Below are positions 14,148 to 24,467 of a stretch of 64,000 nucleotides of DNA, one piece after another. The notes under the pieces are model-generated. The model did no database searches. It worked only from the letters and a program-made list of their open reading frames with translations, and was not told the DNA's origin. The first letter of the stretch is position 1. The number at the start of each line of letters is the position of its first letter. Made by a program: the position numbers and the translations under genes. Source of the stretch: Octopus sinensis (Eukaryota); NCBI RefSeq assembly GCF_006345805.1, contig NC_043000.1, positions 111,910,001 through 111,974,000 on the forward strand. The letters are read 5' to 3'.

Positions 14148-14600
14148 ATTGAGGCGGCAAGCTGGCAGAATTGTTAGCACACCGGACAAAATGCTCAGCA
14201 GCATTTTCTTATTGCTATGTTCTGAGTTCAAATTCTGCCAGGGTCAACTTTACTTTTCATCCCTTCAGGGGTGATAAAATAAGTAGTAGTCAAGCACTGG
14301 GGGGAGGGGTCGATGTAATCAATTTACCCCCTTCCCCTAAAATTGCTGGCCTTGTGCCAAAACTTAAATCATTCTTACTAAGGCAGTGAGCTGGCAGAAT
14401 CGTTAGCATGCTGGACATAATGCTGCTAAGCATTTTGTCCATCAGAGTTCAAATTCCGCCGAGGGTGGTTTTGCCTTTCATCCCCTTTTGGGGTTGATCA
14501 AAAAGTACCAGTCAAATGCTGGGGTTGGTGTAATCAACTTACCTCTGACCCCAAATTTCAGGCTTTGTACATATTGTAGAAAGGATTATTATTATTATTA
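13908..14600 (+). mobile_element. Three tandem SINE family B copies with (ATT)n tails
   Basis: Heads near 13910, 14150 and 14383. Further copies at about 2040, 35030 (-), 37790 (-) and 40910. Confidence 0.8.
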
Positions 14601-14963
14601 TTATTGTAATAAATTTATTAATAATATAATTTCCATATAAATTTGCTTAATTAATGTAAGAGATGAAAACAAATGCATTGTGTTTTTCTTAATCAGAAAA
14701 TTAAACAAAACAGAGGGAAAATAAAAACACCTCTCTAAGATGGAATATGGTAAAAATAGAATCTCAATTGAAATTCTTTCACAATCCTGATGTACAAAAT
14801 CTCTCTCGTATTTTCTTGTGTCAAATAAACAATTTGAGAAAATATTTTACGTTTTCTTTTTATTTCTTCTTTTTCAATTACAGCTGCTCATAATTACACT
14901 CACATTATTAAATTGCTTATGCATACACATCTATTTAATGTGTATTGTGGGTGTATACATATA

Positions 14964-16555
14964 CAGTTGCGGCCAAAATGTTCAGAACGGCATTGTTTTC
15001 GTCAGAAAAGTAGGTATAAGTTTTTATCAAAGTTGTTGTATATTCTATAATTTTCACAGACAATAAATACAATATTAATTGTTATTGTCTGAGATTTTGG
15101 TGTAATTTGAGAGGATAATACAAAAGTTATGGATGATTTAGTGATTTACTGCAAAACCCATGGCGGCCAAAATGATCAGAACGGTTTAAAAAATAACAAA
15201 ATAATCAAAAATGACAGAGAATACTGGAATTATTTAATATTTAGTGTGAAGCCCTTTAGCTTCAATCACACTCTGACATCTTCGACTGCATGAGGAAATT
15301 AAATTTTCAATTTCTTGCTGGGTGATCTTATTCCATTCTTCCTGAAGGGCATTCCATAATTGCTCAGTTGTTTTTAGGATTTCTGGCTTTCAAACATTCT
15401 CCTAGAATATTCCACACATTTTCAATAGGATTGAGATCTGGGCTTTGAGCTGGCCAATCCATAACAATAACCTTTTCAGCCTGGAGGAAGTTCATGACCA
15501 CCTTAGCCTTGTGACATGGGGCATTGTCCTGCATGAATATGGGTGGTCGCTTAGTTGAATTTCTCAGCACTGGCAAGACATGATCTTTTACAAGTTGTTT
15601 ATAAACTCCTGCATTTAACTTTCCATATTTCCATATAATCGCACCAAAGGGCCCACACCATCTCCAGATATCATTCCCCAAACCACGACACTTCCTTCAC
15701 CGAATTTAACACTAGTCTTAAGGCATTTAGGCAACAATTTTTCACCTACTTTTCTACGAACGTACCTTTTCCCATCTGAGCCAAATAACATAAACTTAGA
15801 TTCTTCACTGAAATGCACCGTTTGCCATTTTTCTTGCTTTTTATTCTTGGAGCTGATCAGTGGCTTCACTGCAGGTGCTCTTGCTTGTAGGTCATGTTCA
15901 ACTAAACGACGAGACACAGTTTTTCGAGATAAAGTTTTCTTCAATACAATGCTCATTTTCCGAGAAACAGCAGCAGCAGTTTTAAATCTGTCCTTTTTAA
16001 CCAACTTTACCATAGCACGATCTTCTCTCTTGGTCGTTTTTCTTGGCCTACCTATAAACTTTCTTGTTTCACACGAACCACAATCATCGTAGACCTTAAG
16101 AATACAACACTTTTTGACTTGTTAACAATCTTTGCAATAGATCCAATACTTAAATTATCCTTCCTTCGAAGCTTAATAATCTGCTGACGAATTGGTAACG
16201 GAGTAAGTGGCATTATATTAACAAAGTACACTGCAAATATTCTTACTAATGTTTAGTAAACGAACCGTCACGTAAACAAATTCAAAACATAAGAGTTCGC
16301 TGGTTAAATATACTAAAACACGGAGTAAAAGCAACCGTTCTGATCATTTTGGCCGCCATGGGTTTTGCAGTAAATCACTAAATCATCCATAACTTTTGTA
16401 TTATCCACTCAAATTATACCAAAATCTCAGGCAATAACAAATAATATCGTATTTATTGTCTGTTAAAATTATAGAATATAAAACAACTTTGATAAAAAAT
16501 TATCCCTACTTTTCTGACGAAAACAATGCCATTCTGAACATTTTGGCCGCAACTG
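14964..16555 (-). mobile_element. Tc1-family DNA transposon, near full length, IR/DR type with 223-bp TIRs
   Basis: TA|CAGTTGCGGCCAAAATGTTCAGAA...TTCTGAACATTTTGGCCGCAACTG|TA. TIRs 14964-15186 and 16333-16555, each with the GCGGCCAAAATG(T/A)TCAGAA repeat at both ends. Confidence 0.96.
15234..16213 (-). pseudogene. Tc1 DD34E transposase pseudogene
   Basis: MPLTP... to ...HTKY*. FSEES (first D changed to E), QDNAPCH and SPDLNPIEN with 34-residue D-E spacing; frameshifts and an internal deletion. Confidence 0.93.
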
Positions 16556-16769
16556 TATGTGTGTGTGCACATATATGTATCTCTCTTTCTATTATATATA
16601 TATGTTCTTTTATCCTTTTACTTGTTTCAGTCATTTGACTGCGGCCATGCTGGAGTACCGCCTTTAGTTGAACAAATCGAACCCAGGACTTATTCTTTGT
16701 TAGCCTAGTACTTATTCTGTCAGTCTCTTTTGCCGAACCGCTAATTTATGGGGATGTAAACATATATAT

Positions 16770-16821
16770 ATACATACATATATACACATACATTCATATA
16801 TATATATATATATATACATAC

Positions 16822-16853
<32 letters not shown>

Positions 16854-17250
16854 ACATACATAATATATATATATATATATATAATACATATATATATATA
16901 TATATCATATATATATATACATACATACATAATATATATATATATATACATACTATATATATATATATATATACATACTATATATATATATACATACATA
17001 CATATATATCTATATACATACATATATATATATATATAACATACATATATATATATATATACATACATATATATATATATATATACATATATATACATAC
17101 ATACATACATATATATATACATATATACATACATATATTATATATATATACATATATATATATACATACATATACATACATATATACATATATATATACA
17201 TATACATACATATATATATATACATATACATACATGTACATATACATATA
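16770..17250. repeat. Compound (TA)/(CATA) microsatellite
   Basis: Direct reading; source of the YIY/MYV-rich pseudo-ORFs. Confidence 0.95.
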
Positions 17251-17252
17251 TA

Positions 17253-17683
17253 TGTGTCTGCAATGGAAGGTCGTATGTGTTTCAGTAAGACTCTGCACTA
17301 TCGCACATGGTTCTAGCAACAGAGGAATGGATGGCTGAAAATTTTCATGGTCACATAACCCCTAACATTTGGCCTCCTTATTCCCCAGATGTGTAGCGTT
17401 GTTGAGAGAGAGAAATTAATGAACACGCCCATAACACCAAAGATTCTTTGAAAGCAGCCATAGTCAGAGTAATGTCCAAAATGAACCAGGACCACTTGAT
17501 TTGAGCGTGTAGATGATTTAGATCTCATATAGAAGCGGTTGTTGAAGCTGAAGGTGTCTTTATTGAATAACATTATTGAAAAAAAGAATTATTTTTATCC
17601 TCAGAGCATTTTTTGATAAAGTTAGTATTATATATCTATTTTTTATAAACATAAATTTGTCTTCAGATATCTTATACACCCTA
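17253..17683 (+). mobile_element. DD37D (maT-like) transposon 3' remnant
   Basis: Degenerate F(Q)QDSA..H...[18 protein letters not shown]...EAVVEAEGVFIE*, ending in a TIR-like ATACACCCTATA. Confidence 0.75.
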
Positions 17684-17700
17684 TATATATATATATATAT

Positions 17701-17961
17701 ATAATTTACGAGATAAGGACAAAAGAAAAATTCTAATGCCAAATATGCCGAAACAAAAATTGTCAATAACCATTATAATTTATGTGTCTCGAAACAAACC
17801 GATAGAAATTTCTAAAAAATTTGTTATTACGGTAATAACGAATTTTTTAGAAATTTCTATCTGTTTGTTTCGAGACACATAAATTATAATGGTTATTGAC
17901 AATTTTTGTTTCGGCATATTTGGCATTAGAATTTTTCTTTTGCCCTTATCTTGTAAATTAT
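17701..17961. repeat. 261-bp palindrome (130-bp arms, 1-nt loop)
   Basis: Centre at 17831; 4 mismatches counted by eye. Confidence 0.95.
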
Positions 17962-18047
17962 TTATAAATTTAACCTTTAAAGGTATTTTTTGATATGCTG
18001 GCCATTGATGAAATTTTTTTTCCCGAAAAAATTTTTATCCTACATTA

Positions 18048-18081
<34 letters not shown>

Positions 18082-19790
18082 TACATACACAAATATATAT
18101 ATATCTTCATCATTTAATGTCTGTTGGCCATGCTGGCTTGGGATGACGGTTTGTTAGAGCTGGCAAGTGGGAGAGCTGCATCAGCCTCCAGTCTGATTTG
18201 ATATGATTTCTACAGCTGGATGCTCTTCCTAACACCAACCTCTTTACAGAGTGCTGGTTGCATTTATGTGGCACCAGCACAAGATCCTTGCAGGCTAATC
18301 GTCTTCACCAGGAGGAGGAGCAGCCTTAACACTTCTGCTGAGGTGCATGAGTCTTCTTAAGTACAGCAAAGCACCAAGTATCTGGATATAAAATCTCTTT
18401 TACCTTATACTTGTTATAGCGATGGAGATGCAGCCATGCAACGCTACTCATTGATCGTCCATGAAGACCTTTGCTCTGGTCCAAAGGAGGTCCTACCTCA
18501 CCACTCCACACATGTAGATGCTGGCAAGTGGGACTGAAGCAAGTGTCTTCTGCTATAGCTTCAGGCTGACCAAAGCCTTATGAGTGAGTTTCATAGACCA
18601 GACAGATATAGATTCATGTACACAATACTTTAATGAACCTGAAGTGAAAACTTCCCAAACTGTTGCTCAGAGTTTCGCATAACTGACCAGGAGCAGTCTC
18701 TCTGGTGGGTCTGGTATCAAAAAGGATTAAATTGATTTGTACATGGCTCAATATTCCACAGACTCATGTATCATTAACCTAATTTTGAAGAACAGAAACT
18801 GAAATACAATATGTGACGAAGTTGGACCTTTAAATTTCAAGTAGGATTCCACCATTTCTGTCAAGTTTCGTTTACAAGGAATTGGTTGCCCCAAGACTTT
18901 GGTAAAAGGTGGAATGAAATTCAAGACTTGATGGCTGCAACATGTACTTTTAGGCACTGTCTGTCATACAGTTGGATGGCCATAGTTGGAACACTTTTAA
19001 CCATAGGTCTGCTTCAAGACTGACTATACAACAACAACAACAGGTTATTATAAATTAATTGTTTATTGATTGAGAAATAGACCAAACACTTTAATTATTA
19101 AATAAATTAACGAGAAAATTAAACAATAATTCAGGAAAACTAGGTCAAGTTTGAACCTACATCACCAGATTAACATCCAAGTATAACACCACACACTGCA
19201 CTCTCTTGTTTTTGTTATTTAATAATTACCTCGTTGAAGTGTGTCAAAACAATTACTTGACTAATCAAACGATCTATCCATCAATGGGTGATTATACTTA
19301 TTCACACACAGTGAATCCACACATACAAGGTCACCAGAGAGATTTTTCTGTTGGTTGTCCAACACAGCAAACTGTTGTGTTGAAAGCATAGGAGGAAGAC
19401 ACTAGTTGATGCGTATGTGTGGGTTTGAATTTGTGAATGTGTAAGGTGAATGCAGTATAGAATCTGAGTGTGTGTGTGTATAGGCTGTGTTTTGCTGAAC
19501 ACACGCATTAGTGTTTGATGACGATTGAAGAGTGTGTGTGTGTGTGACTGAGTTGCTTGTGTGTGTATGTGTTTGTGAGTGTAGATGTTATGTGAAAGAT
19601 GAGCTGTGCGCATTTGTTTGGGTGCTTATTATGTTATGATAATGGAAAAGGTGACGCTTGTGCTTTTGTCACATGACATCAACCTCCAGTCTGACGAGAA
19701 CACAGTTCTCAGATCAGTTTAGATTTCGACAAAATATTGCATCAAATGCCATTTTATCAATGCTGCTGTAGAATTATGTTGTTTTTTTTT

Positions 19791-19888
19791 TTATTCCTTC
19801 TTGCTGGCCATCTCTGCACGTTTCCTGGCCATCATGGCAAGAACTCTCTTTCTCTGAGACAACATGCGGCCGAAGAGTTGAGGGAAAA
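19791..19888 (-). CDS. HACD: HACD terminal coding exon 7 (IFPQLFGRMLSQRKRVLAMMARKRAEMASKKE*)
   Basis: Acceptor ctgtttatgttttgcag|, TAA at 19793-19791. Confidence 0.93.
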
Positions 19889-22800
19889 CTGCAAAACATA
19901 AACAGAAAAAAAAAACAATTATAAATAAATATCAACAAAAATAAATGATTTTTCTTTAACCCTTCAGCATCTGAACCAGTCATATCCAGTTCAAATATTC
20001 TATTTGTTTTATGTTCAAACAGGCCAGATCCAGCCTCTCACACCTACCCTACAATATCATTCAAAAAATAAAAAAAACTATCACATCAACATTGAAACCA
20101 TAAAGCTATGAGATAATGCCTGATTAGTTTCTACAAAAATGGGAATAAACAGACATGACATTTGATAGAATACCCTGAATGCCAAAGGGTTAAGCTACGA
20201 AAATTAAACAACAGATCAGTCTTCTTTGAGAGATGTGCTTAGAGCAGGCATCAGTAATCTTGCCGCCTCACATCCCACACACAACTCCAACTCCAGGTCC
20301 AGCACCCACATCGAGGATTCCTTGATGATTTCAAAAAAAGTGGAGTTGTGCAGTGGATGCCTTATTCCCAATAATGTCTGACCAACACTGCCGTTGAGGG
20401 TTGACAGCTGTTTGGGGCTGAAATGCTTTCTAGCATTGAAAAACAAGACAAAGTTTGCAACCTTGGGAATATGCCCTGGTACCCTACCCCTACCATCTTT
20501 ACCTCCCTTCCAGACACTCAACCCACCTCTGTTTAATGCATCTCCTCTATAGGAAGACGCCTGTCCTTTATATACTTTATATAAAGCCATTTCCCCGACC
20601 CTTCTCAAATATTTTCTCACCCAGTCAAGAGTGCTTTTTCCTTTTCTTTTCTTTGTCTTGCAAGTTACTTGGCGACCGCACTCATACCCGTTATCACGAA
20701 AAAAGCACCCAAATTTTTTTAACTCCACCAGTCTCAGAGATCCTTTGTAAAGATCCTGGATACTGCTGCCCTTCTCACTCTGATTTAAGACATCAAACAA
20801 AAAACAATAACGTCAACAAGAATGTGCTGCTCTACTTTAAGCCTTTCGATACCAACCTGGCTGAAATCAGCTCTGGCTCTGAGTACAAATGTCTTGTTTT
20901 CATAAGTTTTGAATTAAAATCTTCCACCAAACCTTAGTCACACTTTATGTTCCTAACACTAGCTTAAATGATAATTATTTTACCAAATTCTTTGTTATAT
21001 TTAAAGTAATTGGAAAAAAAACACACACAGAGCATCTCAACAGGAATATGGTAACAAAAGGGTTAAAATATATAATAGAGAAACAATTCTTAACCCTTTC
21101 ATTACCAACCCGTCTGAAACTGTCTCTGGCTCTGTAGTACAAATGTCTGTTTTCATAAGTTTTGAATTAAAATCTTCCACCAAACCTTAGTCAGAATGTA
21201 TGTTCCTAACACTAGCTTAATGATAACGAAGTTATTTTACTAAATTCTTTGTTATAATTAAACTAATTGAAAGAAACCTGACAGAGCATCTCAAAATAAA
21301 TACAGTAACGAAAGGGTTGACTAAATAAAAAAAAATTAAAAAAAGAAACTTATGTCAAGAGCAATAACTCTGATTTCATTAAAAATATTCCAAAGCCAAT
21401 GCATTGAGTTCTTGAGCAAAACACTTCATGTTGCTCCAGTCCGCTCAGCTGACAAAAGTGAATCATCCTGCAATGTGCCAGTATTCTGTCCAGTGAGGAA
21501 TATACATGCCACAGAAACCAGGAAACCGACCTGATGAGTCAATATGACATGGGAAAAGGGGCTTTATCCTCTGTGTGTGCGTGTGTGTGTGCAAAACAAA
21601 GGAGAAGGAAAAAAGAGATGAAAAGAGGAAAAACAATGTTCTGGAGAGTACTTACTTGGAATGTAACTCAACATGACGGCAATGAGAAAATAGTAAAAAC
21701 TGAAGGAGACATTCAGACGGTTCGGCAAGGAGAGCGACAGAGTGTTTCTGGCACTAATGTAGGGAAGGCTCCGGAACATGCACAACAGTTCACCCTGAAA
21801 GAACAACATAACATATTTTAGATCAACTTCAATGGGTTGTGAACTGTACCTTAAAATGGTACCTATTTACAGCTACATGGACTGTGTATAGTAAAGAACT
21901 ATACCTTAAAATGGTACCTATTTACAGCTACATGGACTGTGTATAGTAAAGAACTATACCTTAAAATGGTCCCTATTTACAGCTACATGGACTGTGTATA
22001 GTAAAGAACTATACCTTAAAAGGGTACCTATTTACAGCTAGATGGACTGTGGATAGTAGAGAACTATACCTTAAAATGGTACCTATTTACAGTCAGATAG
22101 CCTAAGCTTGTTAAAATACAGTAAGTTAGCCTCTCTTGCAGCTTCCACCCATGTTTCCCAATAATTCAAGGATAAACTGAACCAGTAGAATCCAGGACTA
22201 CCATGACTGGTCAAGTTGGCTACTACAGTTGTCAGGACGACTAGGGCAATAGAAGAGACATAAAGATTAAAAGGGCAAAATACTTACAGTGACTCCTAAA
22301 GGATAGAGTCCAACGAATAAGGAATATCTAGAAAGAAAAACAGAAAGAAGACATGGTTGATTAAATTAATAAATCAATTTTAAACACACAAAAGCACTAT
22401 TTTTACAGTTCTCGACTTTGGGCTGTCTTTACCGATTCTCTTCAGTTGGATGCCTGCTTTTGCTTTTTCAGCCCTGCATCAGTATTCCACAAGCTATTTC
22501 TAGGGCATCCTCCCTTTCCACCTCCCTCAGGGCCTGACATATAATGCAGAATGTTGGTTTCCTTAACTCTGTGAACCCTAACACCCCACAGGAATTAAAT
22601 GCACCACCCTAAGTTGCCAGTGAGTTTCACTGAAAATTTTTTCATTTTAGAATATATATGCTGAAAGACACGTTTGTTTCATGACACAAAATGGTGAAAA
22701 ATGAGGACACATGGAGTTCTGATAGACTGGCATTTCGGGTTAAGCTATGCCCTATCCATCGCCCACTTGCACATCAGGATCCAGTCTTCCATTAGCGCCT

Positions 22801-24424
22801 TCTTTATTCCTCCTCTTCTGCAACATTTCTTCATTTCTTATATCCAGCCATCTAATGCAAAGAAAAACATCTTAAACAGTTATTGATGAAGGGTGAAGGC
22901 ATTTGGCTTAGTAGTCAGAATATAGAGATCACAACTTTGAGGGCATGAGTTCAATTCCCAACAGTGCATTGCATCCCTGAACAAGACCCTTTATTTCACA
23001 TTGCTCCAGTCCACTAAGCTGGCAAAAACTAACTGTGCCTGTATTTCAAAGGGTCAACCTTCGCACATTCTGTGTCACACTCAATTTCTCTCAGAGAACT
23101 TCGTTAAGGCTATGCATGTTTATGAAGCACTCATCCACTTGCATATTAATTTTCTTAGCAGGCTGTTCCACTGATCGGATCAACTGGAAGACTCGTCATC
23201 GTAACCCATTAAGTGCCAGTTTTATTGATAAAGGTCTGTGTCTCCAGCTGTCTCTTTTCATCTTTCTCCATGTCTCAATTCCACACACAAAAGGAAGGAC
23301 TTTACACAAGATTTGAAGATAAGCAATTTCGTTTTTATGGTAATTTCTTTGGAATCCCAGATGTTCTTCAGAATGGTGAAGGCTGTTCTTTGGCTTTGCC
23401 CATTCTGATTTGTTTCCTCTCTCTCTCTCTCTTTATGTCACTTTTGTTTGTCAATTACATTTCTGAGTTAATTAAAGCAGTCAAGCCTCCTCTTCGGACT
23501 CTCCCATCTATTCTCCATCTTCAGACTCTCCACTTTTTTCTTCCCCTATGGACTCTCTTCCTCATGTATTCTGACTGGGTTGTTAGGAAAGGTGTCTATC
23601 ATCATCAGACTGGTTTTCTCTTTGTTGCTCCTCACTCCTATCTCAAAGGATGCAGCTGGCAGCCTCTTTGTCTTATTCTGCATCTGATTGTGATTGCGCA
23701 ACAAAAGGGCAAGGTTATTAGCATAATTGAACCGAGGTCATCCATGTCCAGGGGAGTCTATTGTATCCCATTGCTCCTTCCTGATGTAAAGGTCCTCATG
23801 ATCTAGTCAACACCAGTAGAAACAAGAAGGGTGATAACAGACATCCCTCCAAACCCTATTTCAAAGCTCTTTGACAACTGACCAGCATGTAAAACCCTAC
23901 ACAGCATGTCCAGGTAGGTGCATTTTAAGAGACATGAATTTTTCAAGAATTCCATAATGTCTCAACAGTTTCCAGAGCACCCCTCTCTGTCTACACTAGT
24001 GGTTCTCAACCATAGTGCTTTTCACGTCACTGGAGCAATCCGTGGCTCTGGCAACGATCACGCTTGGATGTACTTTTAATGTTCTACTGGCACGAGTGCC
24101 AATCAGGCGGTACTGTCATCAGCCATGTCAGTGATTTTGATTTGTTTACATTTACCTCAATAGTTCTTCACAAACAAAGTTCACTGTCCAATAAATGAGG
24201 GGTACTCATAAGTGGGCTGGTTACACCCTACGTTCAGATGTGCTTTTAACGTTCCACCGGCACGAGTGCCAATCAGGCGGTACTGTCATCAGCCATGTCA
24301 GCGATTTTGATACACTATAATCTATCTTGTAGATTAATAAACCCAACTTAAACTAAGCTCTGTACAGTGAGTAAAAATTAATTGGACACGATAATTGTTA
24401 GCATTATAACAGAATGATGTTACC

Positions 24425-24467
<43 letters not shown>

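Noticed and set aside
20216-20800. 194-aa minus ORF as a nested gene
   Set aside because: Only part resembles a decayed LINE RT; the rest has no recognisable motif and it does not fit the HACD phases.
21528-21560. CTGATGAGTCAATATGAC hammerhead-like core
   Set aside because: Stem II is not followed directly by GAAA (ATGG intervenes), and it lies in a SINE tail.
21841-22092. Regularly spaced repeat as a CRISPR-like array
   Set aside because: Contiguous 55-bp units with no unique spacers, in a eukaryotic intron.
23213-23806. 197-aa plus ORF antisense to HACD
   Set aside because: Includes a CT microsatellite; no domain signature or splice support.
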